DNA from: Tubiluchus corallicola
Taxonomy: Eukaryota; Animalia; Priapulida
Direction of reading: 5' to 3'
Length of the DNA stretch: 64,000 nucleotides
Assembly (NCBI GenBank): GCA_030141605.1
Contig: JAQGDQ010000815.1
Coordinates: 1-64,000, forward strand
Notes under the pieces: model-generated
The model's database searches: none
What the model was told of the DNA's origin: nothing
The model's input: the letters and a program-made list of their open reading frames with translations, nothing else
Shown: piece by piece, positions 38,801 to 52,100 of the stretch
Layout of the letters: each line of letters starts with the position of its first letter
Position numbering within the stretch: the first letter of the stretch is position 1
Position numbers and translations under genes: made by a program

Positions 38801-40085
38801 CTTTCAAGCAGGTAAGCGAAATGCTAGGCAACATAACTTTGCATGGAAAGTTTTTTTGGGACATAATTTAACATTTCAGTTTCTTCCCCTGATTTACGTT
38901 GTGCTTATATGACGTCATGTAATGGCGCCGTACTGCAGAAGATTTAAAATAAAAACAAACAGAAAATTCCTTCAGCACGAGTACGACAAACGCATAAAGT
39001 TGCTATAAAGTAGTATAATCTTTTAAGGCGATTTTTCCGAAACCTACTTCAGGTATCCCATTTCTTGTCCTTCAAAACTGAATGATTATTGATTACAATT
39101 ACGTAAGGAAGTATACAGTAAACTGTCATCGTTGCTATCGTTACACAAACTACTTCCGATACGCTCCACTTCAAATAGAACAGCACGACAATATCGATTT
39201 AAACAAGTGAACGTCTTGAATCACAGATTCTGTACTAGTATGGCTGCTGTGCAGTTCATTAAGTGAGATCTAAATTTTTCATGAGTTAAATGGAGTTTGT
39301 CGTTTATTAACTGCGTGACAAACATTTTTCAAAACTATCTGCAGGAATTGACGAGTTTACTTGTTAGCTACCATTTACTTTAGTCTTTAAATTTTCAGAT
39401 TATTTCCATTACTTTTTTTTCTTTCACTGTATGGGACAATCTAACAAGCCCTGCTTTTTGATTGCCCGCAACACATTAACATTGATATATAGGTAAACAG
39501 TGTGTGAGGCTTTTCTTGTGCAGAAACAATAAAAGCTTATTTGTATTGTGTTCATTGTAGGCCCTTTCACTAGATTTTGTACATGAAATTATTGTAAATG
39601 TGTAATGTGAAATAAATGGTTTATGACTATGGCCATTTCAAATACGAACTTTCTTTGTTACATTTATTTTCACTGCGCCATTTCTTACAGTAACGTCTTC
39701 ATTGATGAGTGAATAAATTTTAACTAAACCCGTTTATAATGTGTGTTTCAAAAATATAACCTCTGACAGTTTTATGACCCTGGTTGCAAATATGTAGCAG
39801 GTGCTGTATTAAATAACTGCCGCGGCCTTGACATATGCACAGCTTTGAATTCTCGCTGAAGTGAAAGTGTTAACTATTTACGTTTTAGCTGGGGCAGGGT
39901 GACCCGTGTTATGTAAAGTGCTGCGCATGCGTACTGCGCGATTTTTCAACAGGTCGATTAAACGGTTAAATCAATTTTGGTGGTTGAATTGAAGTAAGTC
40001 ATGCGCGGTAGTGACGTAGCTAATGGGGGGGAGCAAGCGGAACAACCGCTCCCCCAAGCAGATTTTTCACATTTGGCCCTTTCAA

Positions 40086-40117
<32 letters not shown>

Positions 40118-43100
40118 ACTGTTTCAACAATTGCAGTTTTGTCATGATACATTTTTCATAATGCTTCATTTTGTTTTCATTTTAAATTTATAATTAAAAT
40201 TTTAAGTAGCACACGTTTTTATTATGTTTTAAGACTTGGGAGCTTACTGTAAAAATTTATATTTTGTAAATTTTAATTTAAATATGAAGTAACAATAATT
40301 ATGTACTTCCTTTAAAACTGTATCTTCCTCGTGTTTTGTTTTTAAACACAAAATTAAAATGCATGAACAATGCGTTAAAAATTGTTTTTGGTGTTTGTGT
40401 CACTGCGCCTGTTTATGTGCTTGCTCCCCCTAACTTTAGAACCTGGCTACGCCCCGGTCACAGCGTCTTTTTTATGTGCTTGCTCCCCCTAACTTTATAA
40501 CCTGGCTACGCCCCAGTCACAGTGTCTTTTTTATGTGCTTACTTCCCCTAACTTTAGAACCTGGCTACGCCCCTGACACAGCATCTTTTTTATGTGCTTA
40601 CTCCCCCTAACTTTAGAACCTGGTTATGGCCCTGATGCAAGATGTCATGAAAACTGATTTGATGTCTTTGGATGCTATCATGTAACAGTGGTGCGAATGA
40701 GTAGTCCTTCACTTATTAAATTTTTGAACTATCATTATAATCTTTAAAAAAAGAAAATGAAAATAAAAGCGAGCTGCATTTGGATTTGAACCTGGGACTT
40801 TCCGACTGTAAGTCCAAAGCTATAATCCGTCAATCCTTAGTAATCGACTTATTGGTCTAATGATCAAGTGTCTAAGTCCACATCAACATGGCCAACAGAC
40901 CGTAAAATAAATCTACCTTGGTCGAAAAAATGTGTGTGGTCTTGATTTTTGACTTGTAATTCAAAGGTAGCTGGTTCGTATTCAAACTCTAACCCGACTT
41001 TTAACATTTCTATCCTATTATAGTTGTTTCTTTTTTCAAAATACATATTAGTGGTATGTGTATCATGGATAATGGGACAAAATTTAGTACTTTCTCACTG
41101 GTGTACGGTATATCTCGTGTGCTCTATCTATAGTTTCGAATGCCAATTTCTACAAATTAGTATTTTTTGTGCACATATTCACAGTTTCTTAAAGTTCAGT
41201 ACTAATTATTAATTAAGTTGGCTAATTAATACTGCAGTACTTCTGCTTAAAATGTGGCACAGGTATTATTTTCATCAGCGATGCATTTTTGAGTTACATT
41301 TAAAAATCTTTTCCAGGTATGTGCAAAGTTTTATGGATATTATCGAATTTGAAGACATACAAGAAGACCGTGACAGCGACTTGGGAAGGTAAGCTTCTCT
41401 CTCAAGCCCCAGTTACGAACTTGAGGTCATAGGTCACCTGTCATAGGCCACCTGTCTCTTAAAAGATACTCATTAAAACACTGAGAAGTGAATGGCTTAT
41501 AATTATATGTTTAATGTCCCAATCACCTAATTAGCTCAAATCCTAATCACAAAAGCTCATAAAGGAAAGCTCTTAAACCCACTATGGAACTAACTCTGTA
41601 ATCAAACAAGCAATTCTACTTTGGAATTCTCTACCATTACAGGATAAACAAATCAAGTCCCTATCAGCATTAAACTAAAATCATTAATATTAACCAGATA
41701 TGAAATACCATCACACTAGCACGACAACATGCACACTAATTCAGAATTTATATATCCACGGCCATAATTATTAAATCATAATTTTTAATTTTTTTTTGTG
41801 AATAGTTGTAAATATGTTTGATTTTATTCGTCGTTACTTTCCATTACTGCACAGTAGTTTAGATTGCACTGACGCATTTGCCTTTAGCAGTGTAAGTTTT
41901 TATTAACTAACACTGATTGATCATCTCTGTAAAGTGATTATCAATGTATTTTAATGGCAAATAAAGATTATATATATATAAAGATTAGCATACATCATTA
42001 TTCATTTTCAAATACAGTATTGTCCGCATAACTCAAATCCAACCGAACCGAAAAAACTTTGAGTAAGACGATATTTTGAGTTAGGCAACGTTGACCATGT
42101 TTTAGCATAGAAACTGTACACCTCTCCTCCAGATGGCGAGCTAAATAGAAGGCAGAAAGTCAACACTTCTACACATGAACGATTTGATGACAATTACATG
42201 AAGAACAACAAATTATACAGTGAAACACCATTTTTTATGTTACAGAAAGACACGTACACAACACTGTTAAACATTATGACAATGGGCTACCAACATCTTA
42301 CATACTGTAGTTCAGTTCAATTATTTATACACATTTTTGAGTTAAGTGAAGTAAATTATGTGTATTTTCATTGAATGGACCTTAATTTTTTATTTGAGTT
42401 AGGCAAAATTTCGAGTTATATATTTTGAGTTTAGCGATGTTTTTTGTGGGAAAAACGAAGGATTTCATCCGTTCCTCTCAAATTCTTTAAGTCAGGTGGA
42501 AATTTGAGTTACGCGGAGTTTACTGTACATCAATAATTTTTCAAGTATTCCATTCAAAAGTAATCAATTAGCACTATTCAAAAATCCAGAATTAAGGGCC
42601 AGAACATTTAATTTGAAACAAACTAGAACAAATACATTCACTTTGTAAACTATTCAATAGTAAAAAACGCCGTCCAGCTCAGGAATTCTCTGCCAGTCAA
42701 AACCAAACGTAGTAAAACATTAACCCAGTGGTTCCCAAAGTAGGGGTAAATTACCCCCCGGGGGTAATATGGTTTTTTTGGGGGGGTAACGGGCACCCCT
42801 CTGAAAATTTTTAAAACTTCGCTCGGAATGCATTTTACGTAGTTTTCTTCTTGAAGAGACTGCCTCCGGCAGGCAACACTGTGTCATGGGGTCCATCATT
42901 CGCACGTTCCCACAATCTCTGGTGCGATCCTGGGGAGAAGTAGTACTAGGTGGGGGGGTAATGGACACGACCGGGTTTCCCGATTTGGGTAACGGTCCGA
43001 GAAAGTTTGGGAACCACTGCATTAACCGCATTCAAAAGCAAAACAAAAGCATCAATGATGTCAAAGATTTGAATTAATCTATTTTGAATTTGAATTTGAT

Positions 43101-46100
43101 GTAATTTACCACAGTTACCAACATGACAACTCGCTCGCTAATGCAGAATTCATTTACCTCAGGCCATATTAAACCACTTTATTTTGCTGATTGTCAGTTT
43201 GTAAATATGTGAAATACGTAAAGTTTATATTTTATTTTTGTACCTGTAATTTATTTTTGGCACTGATGCATTTACCTCCAACAGTGGATGTTTTTTTACT
43301 ATCACTGATTGAGCATCTTAATATTTTGTTATGATTCTCAATATATTATGGCAAATAAAGATGTCACTTACTTACTGTGTGTATAAACGTCTCAAGTTAC
43401 AGTAATATTAGTAGTTATTACGGATAACTGAAAATTGTTCTCTTGTGCAGGTTTTGTGAAACTCTGATGATGGTTCGTAATCGTCACCTGAACGTGGTTG
43501 AAACAATGGCTCAGGTACAGTATGCTTACACTGTTATGATTGAAGACACATAGCATGTCACGCTTTTTGCCAAATTTTCTGAAGATTTCTGAATTTTGCC
43601 TAAATACAGTGGTGGTTCATGTATATGTACTGTGGTACTGCAGCACCCCCCTGTTTTCGCTCGTTATCATCGATGTCGTTCAATATGATGGCTTTTTTCT
43701 TTAGTTCCTTATTTATACTTGTGTAAAACCGGAAGCACGTGAGGGTAGTACTGCATACTTCACAGCCCCAGCAATGTGGTATTTGGCTGTTGTGCACATG
43801 CTGCTGTGCGCATATGTCTGAGATAAGTGCTGGGCTACCGTGTGCTGCTAGGTAGAGAAAGTGCTGTCACTAACACAGTGTCAGTTGTCACGTGCTTACA
43901 GTCATATTTTTGGATGTGATAAAGTGTAAACTTAGCGTGTGTGCTTAAAATATAAATAATTTCGTCATGGCCGCCTTGCATCCCAAGAAATAAGTTCTGT
44001 GACTGTAATTGAACTACAACAGCTTAACTTTTCACAGTTGTCTCTGCAAGAGAAAGTTGCAGTTAAGATAAGAAGATATATCTTCAAATATCTCAGCCAG
44101 GAACAAGCAACAGCAAGAAGTATATTCGTAGCTTTATTTCTAAATGGTACCAGCGGAAAAGTTGGCGTTGCGACTGTAAAGTAAAAAAATGCGTTGTTTT
44201 GCTTCCCGTGTTTGCTGTTTGGAGCTGACGAGACATGGACAAAAACATTAAAATTAAACATTTGTTACATTTTACACAGTATTTAAAACAATGGCTGAAA
44301 ATTTTCTGAAGCAGCACCCCCACTAATTTTAGCTACGAGTCGCCAATGCTTAAATATAACGGCCAGGGCTTTAAAAATTGCCCGTGATTTTTCTGCCCGT
44401 GACAACCTGTATTTGAACCGGCCTACTACTGGACGGTACATTGTTGCTAAGTTGTTGGCATTGTTGCCGACGACACCGCCGCACAAGCGCTCATGTCTGA
44501 TGCGTTAGGTTAGATTAGTCGTTTGCACAGTACCCGTATGTTTATATAGTTCTGGTATGAAAAATTTCAGGGAGTTCTGGAGTTCAGGGATAGTCACGGC
44601 GTGGACAACATGATGGAAAACAGTCTACAGTACTTTCTGGACCGGTTCTACATGAGCAGAATTGGAATTCGAATGCTTATCAATCAACATAGTAAGTGTT
44701 ACAGAGTAATCACCTCTCAAGGTGAAATTCGTATTCGTGTTTCAATTCGTCATTTCAGTACGTAGCAGTAGCAGAATAAGCCTTTCCAGTAGTTTCAGCG
44801 ATTGATGACGATCGTGTCATCGAAGGTCAAAGGCTAAGTGTACTAGACAACGCATTTATGTACACTTGACAACGCCTGCTATTCTAATAGTAAAAAAATA
44901 ATAATAGTAATAATAATGCTTGTCTTTTACTTGGTGTATATTTATATTTCCCACTAATTGCATTTCATTTGGGACAGTAATTCTGATGAAAAGGCTAAGC
45001 AATGGTAAATCGTTCTCAAGTAAAATTTGCCAAAAATGGTTCAGCTCCAGGGTGACTCACGAAATCACGTGCGAAAGCCGGAAGTGAACTGATGTTGCGG
45101 ACACTTTCTTCTCAAATTCTTGTTTCGATTTAGTTATCTTGTGCGCACGACTTGTTTAATGTGTATTTTATTACATTAGAACTTGTCTTTCACATGTGGC
45201 TGGACAGTAGAAATGTTCTGCGCGGCGAGTCGATCTTGCATTGACGAGCATCAGGAAATAGCCTTGTGTAAATAAACAGCTCCCTCTAGTTTCTCAAATA
45301 AACTTAATCGAAACAATATGTAGTGCCCGGCTTCATGTTAACCTTGAATTATTCATCGTGCTTCACAAGAGTATGATTTTTTATTCATCCCAACAGCAGC
45401 ATTTTTGAGAACGAGGGGAACAGTCAAGTAGTCACAGCACGTGCTGTGCCAACAAAAGTTACGCAATACTGAAGCTGGTCGATGAACGAACGCAGGGGCG
45501 CATCAGGACTTTACGGCACCTTAGGCTGAGAGTTCTATTCCTGCCCATGTCTACTCTGAATTTATGGTTGTTTATGTAATGAGCGGATTAAACAATTACT
45601 TTTGGTGTATTAAAAACTATATTAAACCCAGTTTCTATGTGGTCATTATAATTACATATTATATTCAAGTAGGCTGCGCATCTGCTACTGTGCAATTACT
45701 TGCACTTGTTTGTTATGTGGCACTTATTTTGTAGCTAAACTCAATACCTGCATGTCGTTATTGAACCTATTGGTTGATACGCCCCTGAATGAACGAGTGA
45801 CCACACAGTGGCTAACGAGTGACCACTCATTCACAACTCACTTTGAGCAGTTTTATTCGCCATACTGATTCTAGCTATTTACTTCATTGAGAGTTAATCT
45901 CGACATTTCTCACAGCGAATAGACAAGTGAGTGTCAGCTCTCAATTACTGTAGGTGAGTAACTCACAGGAAATTTTGTTCTGTAGTCCGAACACGCTTGC
46001 GTGTTAGTTGGCGAGAAAACCCACTACTCTGATCGCGCCGTATCGGTATGCCTAATGCTACAGTCTGTTGTTATTTATAAAATGTTTACTGTTTTGTTAT

Positions 46101-49100
46101 GCAGAATGTCTCTCTGTCTGTTTCAGCTCTCCTTTTTGGACAGAACCTCAACGGTCATGCCCGGCATATTGGCTCTATAGACCCGCACTGTGATGTACTC
46201 GCAGTTGTAAGAGGTAAGGACACATTTACACCTGACACTTGTGGCGCCATCGTTGCAAACCACGTTACAACGTTGCCAAATTCTGTAGTGCGTGGTATTT
46301 TTTGTGCATTTCCTCCCTACGAAGTGCATGACTTTCTGAAACTTTGAAAAAATGTTATACGGTCTCTAAATTGCACAATATCTTGCTGCAGGCATAAAAG
46401 AACCGATCTAAATTTCAACAAAAAAAGCAGAAGAATTTTCGAAACATTTTCGATTTTGGCTGCGGAAAGTTCTACGTAAGTCGCGCAAAAAGTTTCGCAA
46501 TTTTTAACTTTTTTAGACAACAGAAGGACAGAAAAGTTTACTACCTAGAAGGACCGGCATGCTACACTTGATGCAATCATAGTTGCATTCTTATGCAGAA
46601 AGAAAACTAGTAGCTATCGGTCAGATTTTATTGAAATTCAATGATGCATCGGAAAAATCATCGACTTCTTATAAAATTGAAGCAATTTATGTAGTACACT
46701 TATAATGATTCCTGTAATGGAAGATTTCACAGTGCTTCGAGAACCTGCGTTCAGTCACGCCACCTGGTGGCCTGATTGTGAGAATCGACAATCAAGCGGG
46801 TCCAGACCTCGAGTTTTTAGCGCATAATAAGGCGTCAAATAGTTCACAGATTTACATTCACTGATGTATGTTCATAGACTTACATTCGTCGTTTAGAATG
46901 TACAATATGTATTGACGTCAATTACGCTTCTGGTCCATCTAGATAGTGGCTAATAGTGGGAAAGTAACATTTCAGTCCTGAAAATCTGCGCAATAGTAGT
47001 TTGCAGTAAACCAGGAAAAGTAACAAAAATAGGAACACCCTCCAGAGGTTCGAGATATATGCACAAAATAAAAAATTGCTTCGATTGACACTAGGGGTGA
47101 GCGTTCTCTACCAGAAAGCGAATTTAAATTTAACCGAATTTCAGTATTTTGAATCCGAATCGACTTCCAATTGACTTTGAAAGATTTTCGAACAAGTTTT
47201 CGAACCACTAGTAAAAAGTGGTCTTACAAAGATCATGCATATTACTTGACTTTGTTCTGCAGTAAAACAGCTATTAATTTGTTAAAAATTTTGCACAGTA
47301 AAGAACATAAGTGGTTGAAATGCATAATGATTCAAATCTATGATTTTAGGTTCGAATCGAATTCGAACTAAAAAACGCATTCTAATCGAATTCGTTCGAA
47401 CGTTCGATACTCACCCCTAACTGACACACCTTCTACTAGTGTTAAATACGTATGTTTCACCTTCTTCGTACAGAGTAACAGTCTCTAATAACACAATAAT
47501 GTGCTAATAATCAATAACCTCTTTGCTGCGTCTTGCTAATATTTTCTACGTTTTAATTTACTTGTTATTTAGTTAACGAGTTATTACGTTTTCAGATGCT
47601 TATGACAACGCGAGGTTTCTATGTGATCAATACTATTTATCGTCTCCAGAAGTAGAAATCGAAGTTTCAAATGGTGAGTGTGTATTAGCAGTGAAATGTG
47701 CAAGTACTAAACCATCTAGAATGCCAATCTGCTGTTTAATCACGTGGGTAATCATATCAGAGATGTGTGTGCCTCGGATTTCCGGATTCGCGGAGCTAGT
47801 TCCGCAAGATTTTTCTGCGGATTTGCGAAGCTGCGGACCCACACTGCTTGCGGTGCCGGTGGGGTTGCAGGTTCCAACCTATTTCTTAATTATTATTTGT
47901 GCATCTGGCTTCAAAACTGGAATATTAAGTTTTCTAAAGATTTATTAATTATAGTTTTCTTACAATGTATTAGCCAAAAACACGGATAACTAGTTACTCA
48001 GTAACTGGCTTCACATAGTTACTCAGTAACTGGTTTCACACAGTTACTCAGTAACTGGCTTCACATAGTTACTCAGTAACTGGCTTCACATAGTTACTCA
48101 GTAAGTGGCTTCACATAGTTACTCAGTAACTGGTTTCACACAGTTACTCAGTAACTGGCTTCACATAGTTACTCAGTAACTGGCTGCACATAGTTCTCAG
48201 TAAGTGGCTTCACATAGTTACTCAGTAACTGGTTTCACACAGTTACTCAGTAACTGGTTTCACACAGTTACTCAGTAACTGGCTTCACACAGTTACTCAG
48301 TAACTGGCTGCACATAGTTCTCAGTAAGTGGCTTCACATAGTTACTCAGTAACTGGTTTCACACAGTTACTCAGTAACTGGTTTCACACAGTTACTCAGT
48401 AACTGGCTTCACATAGTTACTCAGTAACTGGCTGCACATAGTTCTCAGTAAGTGGCTTCACATAGTTACTCAGTAACTGGCTTCACATAGTTACTCACTA
48501 ACTGGCTTCACACAGTTACTCAATAACTGGCTTCACATAGTTACTCAGTAACTGACTTCCCATAGCTACTCAGTAACTGGCTTCACATAGTTACTCAGTA
48601 ACTGGCTTCGCGTGCGAAAAATCGTCACATTCCCTAATCAGCGTCTCAGTTCTAGAAACTGTAATTTTTCCGTGGCAGATCCCGTGGAGTAGGGATCCAG
48701 TTATTGTACACAGTCTGTGGATTTTGTGGAGCCACTGTACCACACTTTGCGGGCGCAAAATAAGCGGGTCTGCTCATCTCTGGACGATATTGCCTCAAGT
48801 TGAGAAGCCATTTGTTGGCCAATCGATTTGCATGAAATTGAAAACCTTTGTGTTTTAGCGAGGAGAGACATCTAGCGCCCGTTTCCGAGACACAAAAAAC
48901 TGCAATAAAAATATCTTTTGCAAAATTGCTAAACTTGACGCTGCATTGCAAAATATATGCCATTCCTTATCTTCTGATTAATTTAACTTTCCATAACGCG
49001 CAATTTTACTGTTTCTGTTAGAATTATCTGCCTCTTTTGTAGCGTTGTTGGGTACAGTACTAACTGGCTCAGGTGATATAAATGTAGAGTTGTGATGCAT

Positions 49101-52100
49101 GTGGTGGCCCCATCTGGTGGCTGAAACTGCCAACTGAATGGCTGGGCGTATGATGTGCCGTGATTTTTCAGAAAATCACATAAAACAATAGCCTATTACT
49201 CTATTTATAACAATGTATCGGTTCATCCGTTTCAGTTATTGGAAAGCGGGATGCGTCTATAACAGGGGTGTGCAAATTGCGGCCCGCCGAGAGAATTTGT
49301 GCGGCCCGCGAAGAGATTTGTCAACCTAATGAAAGTGTGGCCCGGGCGATGAATTGAGTGTATCCAGCTGAAGTCTGTGCCACGATCCCAAAGATAGTGT
49401 GGGTAGTTTTTTCTACTAGATCGGATGCCATTATCCCTTACAAGACGGTTGTAGCTTAATAACACTGTACTACACAGACTGTGTGATACACATTACTAAT
49501 ATGTATTGTAATGAAATAACCACTGTGTCCTGAAAGTAGAAATATATGGTTTGTAATATAAATTTTAATAACTTCTAAAATAGTTTCTTGAGTGTAGTAG
49601 TAACGATGTACGCAGAGAGGATGCAAAAAAATCGTTATTAGGCCTCACTGTACTTGGCTCGTTGATCAAACTGCCTGTGGCCCGCAGGAATTGTGGGAAA
49701 GTTTAATGTGGCCCGGCTAGTCAGATAATTTGCACACCCCTGTTCTATAAGTTTGTGCGTTGCTATTTCTTGCATTTCATGTCGCTGGTTATATGTTTTT
49801 TTTATGTTTTCTAGGCAATTCAGATGCAAGTAAACGAGTAATCATGTGTTATGTACCTTCTCACTTATATCACATGCTCTTCGAGTTGTTCAAGGTATGA
49901 TAAATCTTGATAATCTTCATTTTTTGTGAGTCACTGTTTAATCTGGCAAAACTGTAATTATCACAATCTAAATGGCTTCATCAGTGGAATTCCAGTTGTT
50001 TTACTAACTACAGCAATTTAACGTGAGATTTTTGATATCTCATCAATCAGTCAGTTCTGATTTTGATGTTTTTTGCATTCGGTTACAAATTTGTGTTGAA
50101 ATTAAGCGCAATTTTCAATTAAATTAAATTAGTGAATATGCTGCTATGAGAAATCCAATAGATGTTTTTCTTTCCACACATATTTTCAATTAAATTTGTT
50201 GAATTAATTGAAAATATGTGTGGAAAGAAAAACATATATTGGATTTCTCATAGCAGCATATTCACTAATTTGTGCGGCTGGAGAGAGCTACGTTGAGGTC
50301 TGTGCAGTTAGCCTGGTTTGGTAGCTCGGAAATATTAGAAATATGTGTTTCCACCCTTGTCCTTTCAAAATTTACTGCAGTTGCTGCATCATTGTACATT
50401 TTATGGCCAAAGATAATGTATGCATGTTCATAATATTTCCTTCCTCCATGTTTATCCAACATATGTATGTTTTAGAATATGTTCATAGCATTTCCTTTCC
50501 CCTTGTTTGTCCAACATACGTGTGTTTTAGAATATGTTCATAGCATTTCCTTTCCCCTTGTTTGTCCAACATACGTGTGTTTTCCAATATGTTCATAGCA
50601 TTTCCTTCCCCATGTTTGTCCAACATACGTGTGTTTTCGAATATGTTCATAGCATTTCCTTTCCCCTTGTTTGTCCAACATACGTGTGTTTTCCAATATG
50701 TTCATAGCATTTCCTTTCCCCTTGTTTGTCCAACATACGTGTGTTTTCCAATATGTTCATAGCATTTCCTTTCCCCATGTTTGTCCAACATACGTGTGTT
50801 TTCCAATATGTTCATAGCATTTCCTTTCCCCATGTTTGTCCAACATACGTGTGTTTTCGAATATGTTCATAGCATTTCCTTTCCCCTTGTTTGTCCAACA
50901 TACGTGTGTTTTCCAATATGTTCATAGCATTTCCTTTCCCCATGTTTGTCCAACATACATGTGTTTTCGAATATGTTCATAGCATTTCCTTTCCCCTTGT
51001 TTGTCCAACATACATGTGTTTTCCAATATGTTCATAGCATTTCCTTTCCCCATGTTTGTCCAACATACACGTGTTTTCCAATATGTTCATAGCATTTCCT
51101 TTCCCCTTGTTTGTCCAACATACGTGTGTTTTCCAATATGTTCATAGCATTTCCTTTCCCCATGTTTGTCCAACATACGTGTGTTTTCCAATATGTTCAT
51201 AGCATTTCCTTTCCCCATGTTTGTCCAACATACGTGTGTTTTCCAATATGTTCATAGCATTTCCTTTCCCCTTGTTTATCCAACATACGTGTGTTTTCCA
51301 ATATGTTCATAGCATTTCCTTTCCCCTTGTTTATCCAACATACGTGTGTTTTCCAATATGTTCATAGCATTTCCTTTCCCCTTGTTTGTCCAACATATGT
51401 GTGTTTTGGAATATGTTCATAGCATTTCCTTTTCCCATGTTTGTCCAACATATGTGAAATTTCAAACATACCTTTCATTTTAAATGTAAGTTATTTGCAT
51501 TTATATATAAATGATAGTCGTTAGTTTTGCCTTTTTTTGTTTGTTTAGAATGCAATGCGAGCCGTAGTCGAGTTTCACGGTGAAACTGGGGATTATCCAA
51601 AGATAAAAGTTAATCTAGTCCTTGGTGCCGAGGATTTGACCATTAAGGTAACTAAAGCACAAAAATCCTTTACTTACATGAAAGCTAAAAAAATTCGTTT
51701 TGAAATTTTGTACCACTTGCATACTGTCTAATTGCGCATAGAGCTTGTATCAGCAGTAACGCTGTATAAAATTTGTAAATTTAAACTCCCGCAATGACCG
51801 TTAGGCGCAGCCATTTTAACGTTAAGTTGTTTGAAACGAGTTTAGATAACATTGGGTAAATTTTGAAAAAAAGGAGAGCATTCGTAATGCTGTATTCACT
51901 AATGATTTACAAGCTTTATACAGCGTACAAAGAGTGATTTTTAAAAAAAACTTTTTTGATGAAGATTGATTTCTTGTCCTTTGATTTTGCAATAATAACT
52001 TTGTTCGTAGCACCACCAGTAAGTTGCTGTAGCAGTTTCTGATGAAAAGTCAACCACACGTGGACTCATTGTTGACAGATCCAAGTAGTTTAGCCTATTG

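Noticed and set aside
40770-40990. tRNA genes
   Set aside because: Only B-box or anticodon-arm-like remnants; no complete cloverleaf.
50251-50271. miR-15/16-like seed (TAGCAGCA) in the hairpin arm
   Set aside because: Only the seed matches. It sits at the base of a 68-bp near-perfect stem, unlike a pre-miRNA.
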